The translations under genes were made by a program, and so were the position numbers. Shown piece after piece: positions 1 through 10,300 of a stretch of DNA of 64,000 nucleotides (its first letter is position 1; each line of letters opens with the position of its first letter). The notes beneath the pieces were generated by a model. It did no database searches and was not told the origin of the DNA. It was given only the letters and a program-made list of their open reading frames with translations. The DNA lies in assembly GCA_963777505.1 (NCBI GenBank), contig CAVZQN010000004.1, positions 128,001 through 192,000 of the forward strand. The letters run 5' to 3'. Origin of the DNA: an uncultured bacterium. GTDB lineage: Bacteria; Acidobacteriota; HRBIN11; JAKEFK01.

Positions 1-75
1 AGGATATATCGAAAAATTAACCGGACCTCCCGTTTGCGTAGAAAACGTTGACAAGGGATGTTCCGTCTATTTATC

Positions 76-114
76 GTAGGGGCGTGTCGGGCGGGTCTTA
101 GACCCCGCCCCTAC
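76..114. repeat. GTAG-type REP palindrome
   Basis: GTAGGGGCG...GGGCGGGTCTTAGACCC...CGCCCCTAC; the same core recurs at 20304, 43968 and 47288. Confidence 0.85.
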
Positions 115-118
115 AACT

Positions 119-631
119 ATGCAAGGTGAATGGATCACAAAATTAACTGTGTGGTTGGCGTTATCAGGCTACACATTTGCCGTCATCATGTTGTTGCTTT
201 CCGCCGGTAGGCGAAAATGGGATGCCATTGCAAGAATAGCCTGGACTGTTGGATGCTTCGCGTTGGTCGTGCATGTTGCCTGTGCTTACAATTATTATCA
301 TTCGTGGAGTTATTCTTCGTCATACACTGAAACAGCACGGCAAACTGCAGAAGTTTATGGAATTAATTGGGGCGGTGGACTATTCATCAACTATTTTTTG
401 ATGATCGCCTGGATTGCGGATGTAATCTGGTGGTGGACAGGATTAGAAAAATATAGGATGCGTTCAAAAGCCATAACTTTCGCATGGCACATTTTTCTAT
501 TTTTTATTTTCTTCAACGCAACTATCGTATTCGTGGCAGGTCCATTACGTTGGATTGGATTATTTTTCAGTGTCGTTATACTTTGCTTGTTATTGCGTTC
601 AATCGTTAGCCCTCGGCGTGTCGTGGGCTAA
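119..631 (+). CDS. Hypothetical integral membrane protein (about 5 TM)
   Basis: 170-aa hydrophobic ORF with His residues in or next to TM segments; 11 bp upstream of the MFS gene. Confidence 0.75.
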   Translation: MQGEWITKLTVWLALSGYTFAVIMLLLSAGRRKWDAIARIAWTVGCFALVVHVACAYNYYHSWSYSSSYTETARQTAEVYGINWGGGLFINYFLMIAWIADVIWWWTGLEKYRMRSKAITFAWHIFLFFIFFNATIVFVAGPLRWIGLFFSVVILCLLLRSIVSPRRVVG

Positions 632-642
632 AAAAGCTTGAT

Positions 643-1908
643 ATGAAATCAATTGGTCTTGAACAATCCGTAGAGCCTGTTAGATCCACATTCTATTACG
701 GCTGGGTAAATTTAATTGTTGCAGCATTGGCAATGGTTGGTACATTGCCCGGCCGGACCCAGGGTCTTGGATTAATTACAGAGCCTCTATTACGAGATCT
801 ACAACTCGATCGGGTGACATTCGCTCAAATGAATTTATGGGCCACCTTGATCGGTTCACTGTTTGCAGTTGGAATCGGACGTTTCATTGATCGTTTCGGA
901 AGCAGGGTCATATTAACGCTCGTATCGTTTGCGCTTGGTGTTGTCGTTTTGGCGATGAGCGGCGCAAAAGGAATCATCTGGATGACATTGCTGCTCACGC
1001 TTTCACGAGGTTTTGGACAGAGCGCGCTTTCAGTCGTAAGTATTACGATCGTGGGTCAATGGTTTGTAAGAAGACTCAATCTTGCGATGGCAGTGTATAC
1101 CGTCCTTCTAAGTATTGGATTCATGTTGGCGTTTCCAATTGTTGGAAGCCTTGTTTTGAAAAGTGGCTGGCGCACAGCATGGAGTGGAATAGGATATTCG
1201 CTCTTGTTTGTTCTGGCTCCTGCGGCATGGTTGTTGGTGCGAAGGTCTCCTGAAGTCATTGGCTTAGGGAATAACAAAGAGTTGCAACGTGAAAGTGAAC
1301 TCGAAACATCACAAAGTGGATATACATGGCGCGAGGCACTTTCGACACCCGCATTTTGGATTTTTGCATTGTCCAGTTCCATCTATGGATTGATTGCATC
1401 AGGAATTGCACTCTTCAACGAATCGATTCTTGCAGAACGCGGCTTCAATGCATCCACGTATCATCAAACTTTAGTCATCACGGCTTTGACGGCTCTATTC
1501 GGAAATTTCTTAGGTGGATGGCTGACAGAAAAATGGAGCGTAAATCGTTTAATGGCTACAGCAATGACACTTGTTGCTGGCTCTCTAATTGCGTTACCTC
1601 ATGTGAAAACACAGGTGCATGTCGTTCTTTACGCACTTGTAATGGGGCTTGCGGGCGGATTTGTGATCGTAATCTTTTTCTCTTTCTGGAGCCGTGTTTA
1701 TGGAAGACGTCATCTGGGTCAAATACAAGGCGCCGCACAAACACTGACTGTCGTTGCTTCAGCATTAGGCCCTATCATTCTTGCGAAGTGTCTGGAACTA
1801 ACAGGATCATATGCCGCAATCTTTTATTTGCTCTCCGCAATCGTTGTCATTCTCGGTCTATCCGCGTGGTTTGTCCCAATTCCTCCGGTTAAGACGCGCG
1901 TTTCATAG
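643..1908 (+). CDS. MFS transporter
   Basis: About 12 TM; motif A GRFIDRFGSR; second repeat GWLTEKWS. Confidence 0.92.
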   Translation: MKSIGLEQSVEPVRSTFYYGWVNLIVAALAMVGTLPGRTQGLGLITEPLLRDLQLDRVTFAQMNLWATLIGSLFAVGIGRFIDRFGSRVILTLVSFALGVVVLAMSGAKGIIWMTLLLTLSRGFGQSALSVVSITIVGQWFVRRLNLAMAVYTVLLSIGFMLAFPIVGSLVLKSGWRTAWSGIGYSLLFVLAPAAWLLVRRSPEVIGLGNNKELQRESELETSQSGYTWREALSTPAFWIFALSSSIYGLIASGIALFNESILAERGFNASTYHQTLVITALTALFGNFLGGWLTEKWSVNRLMATAMTLVAGSLIALPHVKTQVHVVLYALVMGLAGGFVIVIFFSFWSRVYGRRHLGQIQGAAQTLTVVASALGPIILAKCLELTGSYAAIFYLLSAIVVILGLSAWFVPIPPVKTRVS

Positions 1909-2005
1909 CGTGAAACAAGTTTCACAATATGGAACTACCTGATTTGCAATATCCTCGGTGAATTGTGGTATACATTTATCGAAAGCCTATTGAGGAGAGA
2001 GGACT

Positions 2006-3127
2006 GTGGGACGACTCATATTTATTTTATTTGTGCTTTTAGCCGTTACATATCCCGCATACGGCTGGCATACCAATACCCATCAACATTTAACACGCGA
2101 TGCGATCAACGTCATGCCTCCCGATTTAAAGAAATTATTTGATGACCGTCCGCAATTTGTCGAATCTGGAATTACTGATCCCGATGAAATTCTAAAAGAT
2201 TACCAAAATCACTATTACGTCCCCGGGGTTGAAGGCGGTGGATTAGATCGAATCGATAAAGTTATCCGAACAATCGAGATGAAACTTAAGGATCCAAAAA
2301 ACGTCGATGTGCCAAAACATTTTTGTATTCTTGCTCACTATATCGCCGATTTATGGAGTCCCGAGGTCCTGATCAAACACGACACAATGAGCAATATCGA
2401 TTACGTTCAAAATCATGACATTGTTGCTGTCTTTGAGGGCTATCAGCAGCCGATCTCAAATTACAGGGAATATTTGGAAAAACGTTCGAGATGGCGCTGG
2501 ACGCTTGAAAATTCGGACGGAATCTCTTCACTGCTCTTCAGCGAAGCTGTTAATGATATTGCACAGGTATGGTTATCGTTGTGGCAGCAAAGTGGGAAAA
2601 CAGTATCGCCGCTTCATTTTTCAATAATTGATCATACAAAAGGAGCGTTGCAGGTAAATTTCGAGGCAGCGATGAAACAAGAAGCGCTTGATGCTGCAAC
2701 GACTGCGACCAATTTTCAAGCAGCAGCTGATGAAAAAGAGCGTGAAAAAATGTATTTAAAGCTTGTCGATCATAAGGATGAAACCGAAAGACTTTCAGGC
2801 ACTCTTATACCTGCGGATGAATCGCTCGCTCATCAGCGGATGATGCGTGACCAGGCAAAGCTTGAATCGTTTAAGAATCCGAAACCTGAATTTTCAGTTT
2901 TGGAAAGTTCGTTAAAACAGGTGGGTGAAAGAAGTGTTTTCGTTGCACGAATTCGCAACAAGGGACTAAAAGAAGTTCAATATCTGAGCCTGGTGTATTC
3001 GGGACGTGCAGGCACCCTGGCGGAAGTTAATAATTTTAAGCCTGGCCAGATAGTGAAAGTAGAAGCAACGTTACCAGCAAACGCCAGTAAGGAAAACATC
3101 CGTTTCAACTTCAGTCTCGCTGAGTGA
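2006..3127 (+). CDS. Secreted Zn-dependent phospholipase C / P1-S1 nuclease-like protein with an extra C-terminal domain
   Basis: Signal peptide ending AYG-W; mature N-terminus WHTNTH; PD...H and HYIAD Zn-ligand pattern; RBS GAGGAG before GTG. Confidence 0.6.
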   Translation: MGRLIFILFVLLAVTYPAYGWHTNTHQHLTRDAINVMPPDLKKLFDDRPQFVESGITDPDEILKDYQNHYYVPGVEGGGLDRIDKVIRTIEMKLKDPKNVDVPKHFCILAHYIADLWSPEVLIKHDTMSNIDYVQNHDIVAVFEGYQQPISNYREYLEKRSRWRWTLENSDGISSLLFSEAVNDIAQVWLSLWQQSGKTVSPLHFSIIDHTKGALQVNFEAAMKQEALDAATTATNFQAAADEKEREKMYLKLVDHKDETERLSGTLIPADESLAHQRMMRDQAKLESFKNPKPEFSVLESSLKQVGERSVFVARIRNKGLKEVQYLSLVYSGRAGTLAEVNNFKPGQIVKVEATLPANASKENIRFNFSLAE

Positions 3128-3869
3128 TCTCAGTGTCTTTGCGGTTGATCTCTTTAATAATCATCGTTTCCACTTGTTGCCATACCTCTGGATCGTTTCC
3201 CATTTTGGTGTGCGCTACCCGGAAAATTTTCTTGAACCACGAAATATGTGAAATATCAATTTCGCTGTTGCTGTAATCAAATTTGTAGTTGCCCATAATA
3301 TGAGTCCGTTTGGCATCTTCAGGATGAATTTCAGGTTCACCTTGAATGATCCAGCCATTTCTTTGAAAAAGATTTGCAGCCTGCTTCACATTGGAAGGAA
3401 TGGTTGAGTCATTCTTTCCGACACTGTCAATTTGAATTGTTAAATGAACAGGAACATCCATTGCTTTGAGTTCTTTTGCAAGCTTAACGACAGCTGCGCC
3501 TCCAAAACTTTCACCAAATAAAATGAGTTGAATCTTATCAATCTCATTTTGTTCCAAATTTCCGGAGCCATCTTGATCGAACGCTGCACGGATCAACTGA
3601 ATTGCGAGATAACGTCTTCGGTTTTCTACAGTTTCAACATAGAGGCCCGGTAATTGTTTTTTGCGCAGTTCTAAAGCGAGTCTCCTGACTCCCGAATTTG
3701 GATCATCCCAGGCATTTCGGCCGCCGAGAAAGCCTACAACCAAAAACGAGTTTTCAGGCAATGGTCTTGGAACTGTGAAATGTCGATATTGCTGGCCTGC
3801 ACATGCATAGATTGTGAGCAAAATTAGACAGCAAAGAACGACGGCGTTCCATTTTCGTAATTTCACCAT
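3111..3869 (-). CDS. Exported alpha/beta-hydrolase-fold protein (possible lipoprotein)
   Basis: Signal peptide with Cys (IYAC); GESFGG nucleophile elbow; late His. Confidence 0.65.
   Translation of the reverse strand: MVKLRKWNAVVLCCLILLTIYACAGQQYRHFTVPRPLPENSFLVVGFLGGRNAWDDPNSGVRRLALELRKKQLPGLYVETVENRRRYLAIQLIRAAFDQDGSGNLEQNEIDKIQLILFGESFGGAAVVKLAKELKAMDVPVHLTIQIDSVGKNDSTIPSNVKQAANLFQRNGWIIQGEPEIHPEDAKRTHIMGNYKFDYSNSEIDISHISWFKKIFRVAHTKMGNDPEVWQQVETMIIKEINRKDTEITQRD
3118..3146 (-). repeat. ACCGCAAAGACGCAGAG-family short repeat overlapping two convergent gene ends
   Basis: Minus strand AACCGCAAAGACACTGAGATCACTCAG, read as the C-terminal NRKDTEITQ of ORF 3111-3869. Confidence 0.7.
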
Positions 3870-3918
3870 TTTTTTTGCGACAAAAGAATTTTATTGTATC
3901 CGTTTATAATATGGCGCG

Positions 3919-5280
3919 ATGACTCAAGAAAATGGTGCGGATCGATGGGGTGAAAGATTATCACGGCGGCTTGGTCTTTGGAGCGCGGTCGCTGTCGTAA
4001 TTGGATCAACGATCGGGAGCGGAATTTTTCGAACACCAGCATCAGTCGCTGAGAAGATTGGAGATGTACCGTTATTCATTGTCGCCTGGATTGCGGGTGG
4101 AGTTCTGGCTTTATGCGGGGCGTTAACGTATGCGGAACTTGCTGCACTCTTTCCACGATCAGGTGGGATTTATGTTTATTTGCGCGAAGCATTCGGTCCA
4201 TTGACTGCATTTCTGTTTGGATGGGCCGAACTCTGGATTATTCGTCCCGGAGCATTTGGCGCAATCGGAATTACGGCTTCTGCGTACACGTTACGGACTC
4301 TAGGTCTTGATCCTGCAGAGCCTGTTGGCCCGATGCGTGCTGAACAATTGTTGGGTGCTTTTTACATTGCGATTGTTGCATTTGTAAATTATCTAGGTGT
4401 CCACCGCGGAGCAATCTTACAAAATATCAGCACCATTCTTAAATCGGCGGCACTGCTTCTGCTAGTGTTGCTTGGACTTTCTATTGGGCGAAGTTCAGGC
4501 ATTCCAATGAACGAAATTTTTTCCCAGCATGATCAAGTTGGGTTTTCCGCTTTTCTTCTTGCTTTAGTGTCGATCCTTTGGGCGTATGACGGTTGGGCCG
4601 ATTTATCTTTTGTTGGAGGAGAAGTCCGTGATCCTCAACGCACGATGCCAAAGGCCCTAATCATGGGCACTGCGTTTGTAGTTTTGTTGTACCTTTCCGC
4701 CAATTTTACGTATCTATCGCTGATTCCAATGTTACAAATGCGGGGAGCTGAACTTGTAGCTGCAGATGTTGCATTGCTGCTGTTTGGTTCAATCGGAGTT
4801 GTGCTGGTTTCAAGTGCAATTGCAGTCAGCACATTCGGAACGCTGAATGGTTCGATGATGACTGCACCGCGTATTTTTTTTGCGATGGCCGAAGATGGCT
4901 TATTTCCAAAATCGATTGCAAAAGTGGATCCCATTAGCAAAGCACCGACAGGCGCAATTCTTCTGACTGCAATTATGGGAATTATTTTTATTTCGATCCG
5001 AACATTCACCGATCTTGCAAACCAATTTGTAATAGGAATCTGGCCATTCTATGCGCTCGGCGTTGCCGCTGTCTTTGTTCTGAGGAAAACAAAGCCGAAC
5101 ATCGACCGTCCTTACCGTGTTTGGGGTTATCCATATGTACCAACGCTTTTTTTGCTTGGATCCTTGTTCCTGCTTGGTAACTATCTGATTAACGAACCAC
5201 TTGCTTTCGGAATCGATGTCGCTCTAATTTTGATTGGTATCCCGTTTTATCTGATCTGGCGTAAATTTCGGAAAAGATAA
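3919..5280 (+). CDS. APC-family amino acid permease (LAT/SteT-like)
   Basis: About 12 TM; TM1 IGSGIF, TM6 WAYDGW, C-terminal RPYRVWGYP. Confidence 0.92.
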   Translation: MTQENGADRWGERLSRRLGLWSAVAVVIGSTIGSGIFRTPASVAEKIGDVPLFIVAWIAGGVLALCGALTYAELAALFPRSGGIYVYLREAFGPLTAFLFGWAELWIIRPGAFGAIGITASAYTLRTLGLDPAEPVGPMRAEQLLGAFYIAIVAFVNYLGVHRGAILQNISTILKSAALLLLVLLGLSIGRSSGIPMNEIFSQHDQVGFSAFLLALVSILWAYDGWADLSFVGGEVRDPQRTMPKALIMGTAFVVLLYLSANFTYLSLIPMLQMRGAELVAADVALLLFGSIGVVLVSSAIAVSTFGTLNGSMMTAPRIFFAMAEDGLFPKSIAKVDPISKAPTGAILLTAIMGIIFISIRTFTDLANQFVIGIWPFYALGVAAVFVLRKTKPNIDRPYRVWGYPYVPTLFLLGSLFLLGNYLINEPLAFGIDVALILIGIPFYLIWRKFRKR

Positions 5281-5285
5281 GATTT

Positions 5286-5311
5286 ACCACGGAGTCACGG
5301 AGAACACGGAG
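5286..5311 (+). repeat. ACCGCAAAGACGCAGAG-family short repeat
   Basis: ACCACGGAGTCACGGAGAACACGGAG, 9-nt period, intergenic. Confidence 0.75.
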
Positions 5312-5324
5312 TTGTGAAAATATC

Positions 5325-6320
5325 ATGATACGAGTACATCCAAAGTTTTCTGTGCTGTGGTTCGGCTCGGTTGTGCTTCTTTTTCTGGCGGTTGAGTATT
5401 GGATTATTCACTCGTATTTTTTCAATGAATATCCGGAATTGTACTCTCTTGGCGTGGCGCTCGATATTACTCTTGGTGTGCCGGCACTTTTTTATCTGTT
5501 TGTTGTGCGGAGCCGAAAGTATCCTGCATTGAGTCTCTTGCCTGTATTTGTCCTTTCACTTGGCATCGCAACATTCATGATTCCTTCCGCATATCATCAA
5601 TTTCTGAACAGCGAAAAAAAGGTACTTTCAATTATCGAAGCCGGACTGATTTTTTATGTCTTGGCTAAGATTCCCGGTTTTCTAAAGCGATATAAAGAGG
5701 CGAAAAAAAACGAGTTCTATATATCTGATGCATTGGAAGTTGCAGCAGGCAAAAAGCGTATTGTAAGAATCTTATTGACAGAATTACTTGTGATGTACCT
5801 CGCAATTGGGGGCTGGTTCAAGAAAGTTTCAACAAGGGAAGGAGCTTTGTCTTTTACGTATCATCGCAAATCTGCTTATCCTGCAATTTTGGGAACGATG
5901 GTTTTTCTCTTAATTGTAGAAACAATCGGCCTTCACCTTCTGTTGATGCAGTGGAGCAGAATTGCAGCCAATATTGTTACAGGTCTCAGTATTTATGGCC
6001 TGATCTGGCTCATCGGCGACTTTCATGCGATCCGTCTTCATCCTGTGATTCTGACCGACGACAAATTGATGTTGCGTATTGGCGTTCGATGGAATGCCAC
6101 AATTCCAATTGGTGAAATTGCAGAAATCCAGATTGGCGGAAAAACGTCTAAAAGTAAAAACTACTTGCGCGCAAGTATTCTAGGGCCTCGAGTTGCTGTT
6201 CATCTACGAAATCCAATTGCAGTAAGAGGGTTGTTTGGAATAATCCGTAATCCTTCCCAAATCGGTCTGTCGATCGATGACCCTGAACTTTTCAGAAATG
6301 AAATCTTGAAAAGACAATAG
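5325..6320 (+). CDS. Membrane protein with a C-terminal soluble (bPH-like) domain
   Basis: 331 aa with multiple TM; FTYH, E-H motif (VETIGLHLLL) and a C-terminal LSIDDPELF. Confidence 0.75.
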   Translation: MIRVHPKFSVLWFGSVVLLFLAVEYWIIHSYFFNEYPELYSLGVALDITLGVPALFYLFVVRSRKYPALSLLPVFVLSLGIATFMIPSAYHQFLNSEKKVLSIIEAGLIFYVLAKIPGFLKRYKEAKKNEFYISDALEVAAGKKRIVRILLTELLVMYLAIGGWFKKVSTREGALSFTYHRKSAYPAILGTMVFLLIVETIGLHLLLMQWSRIAANIVTGLSIYGLIWLIGDFHAIRLHPVILTDDKLMLRIGVRWNATIPIGEIAEIQIGGKTSKSKNYLRASILGPRVAVHLRNPIAVRGLFGIIRNPSQIGLSIDDPELFRNEILKRQ

Positions 6321-6365
6321 TGCGCGGCCGGCCCTGCAGAACTAAATTTAGTATAGGTTCAATTA

Positions 6366-6415
6366 GTAGGGTCGTTCTTGTGCCCCGCTCGCGCGGCCAC
6401 AAGGGCCGCCCCTGC
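6366..6415. repeat. Degenerate GTAG-type REP palindrome
   Basis: GTAGGGTCGTTCTTGTG...CACAAGGGCCGCCCCTGC imperfect hairpin, intergenic. Confidence 0.55.
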
Positions 6416-6423
6416 CAGATTAC

Positions 6424-6969
6424 GTGATGTTTAGAAAATTCTTTTCAAGTGTTTTACTGATTGCCTTAGTTGTATTTGTCTATTGGCTGGTCAAGGATCA
6501 GGTCTACGCCTTCAAACTGGTGCTTCAAGAAGCACCTTCTAATTTGCCAATTCCTGTAGAGGGCGTAGTCGTTACAAATCTTCAAGACACCTGGGGTGCA
6601 CCAAGATCAGAAGGAAGGAAACATCAGGGAATAGACATTTTTGCCCCTCGCGGAACTGCCGTTTTTTCCGCAACAAATGGAATGATTTGGAAGCTCGGTC
6701 AAAACCGTCTGGGTGGGAATGCAGTTTGGATTTTGGGTCCCGGTGGTCATATGCATTATTATGCGCACCTGGAAGCCTTTGCCGATATCGCTGCCGGGAC
6801 TCGAATTTATCAAGGTGAAATTCTTGGTTTTGTAGGAAACAGCGGTAATGCGAAAGGCACACCGCCTCATCTCCATTACGCGATTTACACAATTTCCGGC
6901 GGCGCAGTAAATCCCTATCCACTTCTTTCTTCAACTGCTTACCTCTCGGCATCTTTTCGATTGATATAA
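6424..6969 (+). CDS. M23 family metallopeptidase
   Basis: HQGID (HxxxD), YYAHL and PPHLHY (HxH) motifs; N-terminal TM anchor. Confidence 0.93.
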   Translation: MMFRKFFSSVLLIALVVFVYWLVKDQVYAFKLVLQEAPSNLPIPVEGVVVTNLQDTWGAPRSEGRKHQGIDIFAPRGTAVFSATNGMIWKLGQNRLGGNAVWILGPGGHMHYYAHLEAFADIAAGTRIYQGEILGFVGNSGNAKGTPPHLHYAIYTISGGAVNPYPLLSSTAYLSASFRLI

Positions 6970-7040
6970 TCTTCATACACTTGCACAAAATCTGAGCACT
7001 TTAAAAGACTCCATACATACTTCATCGACGATAACCTCTA

Positions 7041-7056
7041 TGGCCTCAGAATTGCT
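7041..7056 (+). promoter_or_regulatory. Putative sigma-54 (-24/-12) promoter
   Basis: TGGCCTCAGAATTGCT = GG-N10-GC, 17 bp before the ATG at 7074. Confidence 0.45.
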
Positions 7057-7073
7057 TGTCTGTCTGATTAAGG

Positions 7074-8663
7074 ATGAGGTATTTAAGGGTTCCCATATTC
7101 TTGGCGTGTATTTTGTTTTGTTCCTTTATTGATGTGGATCCGAAGCCAAGAATCATTCAAGATCATCATCGTTTCTCAGCAAGTCTTAATGGGTTTCCAA
7201 ATTCAATCCAGGGCATCACTCAACCCGGTGTTCTAAATCCGTTCGGCTCTTCGCAATCATTGAATGGAAACCTTCGTTTTTACAGTCTGTGTGGATTGTT
7301 AATTTGTGTTTTAGGGTATGCACTTTATTTTTTCCATCGAAGGCAACTTAAATTTCGGGAACAGGAATTATTAGACGTCGTTTCAGATCGAACTGCTGAG
7401 TTACAGCAAGAAATAAACATTCGTAAAAAAACTGAAGAAGAACTTAAGAATTCGATGACATTATTGATGTCAACTTTTGATCAACTCAAAGCAGCGAAAG
7501 AATCAGCCGAATCGGCAAATCTTTCAAAAAATCAGTTCCTTGCCAATATCAGTCACGAACTGAGGACTCCTATGAACGGGATCATAGGAATGACACAACT
7601 TACATTGGAAACCGATTTGAACGGCGAGCAGCGTGAATATCTTGGGATGGTGAAAGAATCGGCGGATTCATTGTTAGGTTTGCTGAACGATATTCTTGAT
7701 TTTACGAAAATTGAAGCCGGGAAGTTACGCTTATCAATGCTGAGATTTCAATTGCACTCTTCGGTGGAAAAAATTGTAAAAACTTTTAAGACTCCTGCGA
7801 ACCAAAAAAACCTGGAGTTGACTTGTGAATTCGGACCCGATGTTCCTGAGTTTGTGGTTGGAGATGAAAGCCGCATTCGTCAGATTCTTGTGAACCTCAT
7901 CGGCAATGCAATTAAATTCACGAGCCGTGGTTCCGTTTATGTCAAAGTGGAATTGCAAGAAAAGAATACTGAACTTTGCAAAGTTCATTTTTTAGTAAAA
8001 GACACAGGAATTGGAATTCCTGTATCAAAGCACGACATAATTTTTGAAGCGTTTACTCAGGCTGACTCTTCGACAACAAGAAAATATGGCGGAACTGGCC
8101 TGGGATTGTCGATCAGTTTGGAGCTTGTTTCTGCGATGAATGGAAGCATGTGGCTTGAAAGTAAAGAAGGCGGAGGAAGCACATTCCATTTTTCAATTCC
8201 ACTGTTAAATTCAAAATCAATTCTTGATCCAAGCTCACTTGACGATACAAAACCCGCCACAATGATTCATGACGGCCATCATATCCTGGTAGTCGATGAT
8301 AATTTGATCAATCAACGGCTGATCAGCGAAATTTTAGGAAAGCGCGGAAACAAAGTAAAAGTAGCATCAGATGGTAGAGAAGCCTTAAAAATGTATTTGG
8401 AAAATTCATTTGATGTAATTTTGATGGATATTCAAATGCCAATCATGGATGGTCTTGAGGCAGCAAGTAGAATCAGAGTTGAAGAAAAACGAACTGGACA
8501 CCATGTTGCCATTATTGGAATCACAGCTCATGTAACTCAGAACTGTTTGGAGAAATGTCTTCAAGCAGGAATGGATGATTTCATGACAAAACCTTTTCAG
8601 GTAGAAAAATTTCTGCAGATTCTGGGTACAATCCAAACCAGACAACCCTCCACAGTAAGTTAG
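7074..8663 (+). CDS. Hybrid sensor histidine kinase (HisKA-HATPase-receiver)
   Basis: SHELRTPM H-box, NAIKFT, DTGIGI, GGTGLGL; receiver VVDD...MDIQMP...KP. Confidence 0.95.
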   Translation: MRYLRVPIFLACILFCSFIDVDPKPRIIQDHHRFSASLNGFPNSIQGITQPGVLNPFGSSQSLNGNLRFYSLCGLLICVLGYALYFFHRRQLKFREQELLDVVSDRTAELQQEINIRKKTEEELKNSMTLLMSTFDQLKAAKESAESANLSKNQFLANISHELRTPMNGIIGMTQLTLETDLNGEQREYLGMVKESADSLLGLLNDILDFTKIEAGKLRLSMLRFQLHSSVEKIVKTFKTPANQKNLELTCEFGPDVPEFVVGDESRIRQILVNLIGNAIKFTSRGSVYVKVELQEKNTELCKVHFLVKDTGIGIPVSKHDIIFEAFTQADSSTTRKYGGTGLGLSISLELVSAMNGSMWLESKEGGGSTFHFSIPLLNSKSILDPSSLDDTKPATMIHDGHHILVVDDNLINQRLISEILGKRGNKVKVASDGREALKMYLENSFDVILMDIQMPIMDGLEAASRIRVEEKRTGHHVAIIGITAHVTQNCLEKCLQAGMDDFMTKPFQVEKFLQILGTIQTRQPSTVS

Positions 8664-8685
8664 CGTCTTTGCGGCAAAAAATTAA

Positions 8686-8713
8686 GGAACATAGACGATC
8701 CATTTGTGTCTGT
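8686..8713 (+). promoter_or_regulatory. Putative ECF-sigma promoter
   Basis: GGAAC-N17-GTCTGT upstream of the TonB-like gene. Confidence 0.4.
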
Positions 8714-8736
8714 AATAGTAGTGAAAGGGAGACAAC

Positions 8737-9509
8737 ATGTGGAACGAAAGTCTAATTGAGTCGAGCGCACAAAATAATTCGAAGCGATGGTTAACAGTTC
8801 AAATTGCGGCGATTGTTCATGCTGCTATTGTCGGCGTGCTTGTCGCTGGTTCTTTCTGGTATGTTGACAGTGTTTCGCTTGCGCCACAGGAACAAATTCC
8901 GCCTGTTTTTTATGAAATCATACCAAGCGGCGGTCCGCCTCCTGCATTTGGAAGTCGAACGCAACAACAGAATGCAATATCAGAAAGTGTGAAGCCTGTG
9001 GCTGCTCCAATTCATCCCGTTTATGAAAAAATTGTTCCTGAGACTGAGACGATTGACCATATTTCGGGTAGTAAAATCTCGAATGCATTTGAAAATAATT
9101 TACCTTCAGGTGATCCGGAAGGAATTCCTGGTGGCGATCCAAACAGCAATTCAAATGGAGGTTTTGGCGGATCAGAAGGTAACGGACTCGGGCCAGCTCC
9201 AATGAGAAGATACTATTTATCACCAGAGCACAATTGAAGTCTGATCCTGCCTGTTATTATCGATCAGATCAAACCGAATTATCCTGAACCGCTTCGCGAA
9301 GATTCGGAGAGAAGGAATAGTCATATTAGAAGCCGTGATTACGCGAACAGGTTCAGTGTCAAGATGTTCGGCTTCTGAAATCTGCGCATCCATTGTTTGC
9401 TCAAGAAGCAATGACTGCAGTGCGTCAGTGGAAGTATCGTCCGGCAACTTTGAACGGAAAACCTGTCCCTGTGTACTTCACTGTCACAGTTTCATTCAGA
9501 CTGCGTTGA
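8737..9509 (+). CDS. TonB-family energy transducer (apparent frameshifts at about 9.2-9.36 kb)
   Basis: TM with HAA, Pro/Gly-rich linker, then across frames PNYPE..GIVILEAVITRTGSV..AVRQWKYRPATLNGKPVPVYFTVTVSFRLR* (TonB_C). Confidence 0.8.
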
Positions 9510-9535
9510 AGCTCTGTGTCTTTGCGGTTAGCCTT

Positions 9536-10300
9536 TTACTCGCCGGCATAGTTGAGCGCGCGAACGGCGCCAAAGAACGCCACGATTGTGAATATAAGAA
9601 ATGCGATTGCTTCAATCAGAATGACATCTGGATCTCCGACCCCAAGAGTTGCATATCGAAGCGCATCTGTTTGCCATGTGACAGGATTTAGCCGCGCAGT
9701 ATAACGGAACCATGCCGGAAGATTTTCAAGTGGATAAAACAAGCTGCTTGCAAACATCAACAGAATGTAACAAATGCTTGTGATTGTGTTGAACGAATCG
9801 ATCCTTCGAATTCTTAAAGCAAGAATTGCAAAAAAGAAAAACCAGCCTGCCGTCCCGACTGCAATTGCGAGAAAGGTATATAAGAGTAATGCGCGCTCAA
9901 CTCGCACATTCATAAAAAGTTCAGCGCATAAAATTGCAAGGCCTGATCCCACAAGACTCAGAAAAACATTAAACAGGATTTTGCCGACTACGAGTTCCTG
10001 ACGGCTTACCGGGTATGTCAGTACTTCGTAGAAAATTCCATTTTCACGTTCGGTGAAATACCTCCAGGACGTATTCATGGCGATGCTAAAACATGTCATC
10101 GCTAAAACTCCTGCAAGAAAAAATGAAGCATAATCTGAACCATATCCTGCGGTTGAAAATGAACTGCCAAGTGATCGTTGAAATCCGTACCCAAATATCA
10201 GCAGGTAGGTAATCGGCACAAAAATGTCCCAAAACAGGAATGTTATGTTCGTGATTCTGAAACGATATTCCCGGAATAGAACTGGACCAACGCCTTTCAT
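9536..10300 (-). CDS. ABC-2 type transporter permease
   Basis: 6 TM; ERENG, LMFASSLFYP..LPAWF..LNPVTW. Confidence 0.92.
   Translation of the reverse strand: MKGVGPVLFREYRFRITNITFLFWDIFVPITYLLIFGYGFQRSLGSSFSTAGYGSDYASFFLAGVLAMTCFSIAMNTSWRYFTERENGIFYEVLTYPVSRQELVVGKILFNVFLSLVGSGLAILCAELFMNVRVERALLLYTFLAIAVGTAGWFFFFAILALRIRRIDSFNTITSICYILLMFASSLFYPLENLPAWFRYTARLNPVTWQTDALRYATLGVGDPDVILIEAIAFLIFTIVAFFGAVRALNYAGE

Noticed and set aside
9335-9691. Cys-rich 118-aa ORF as a metal-binding or RiPP-like peptide
   Set aside because: It is an off-frame read of the frameshifted TonB C-terminus running antisense into the ABC permease
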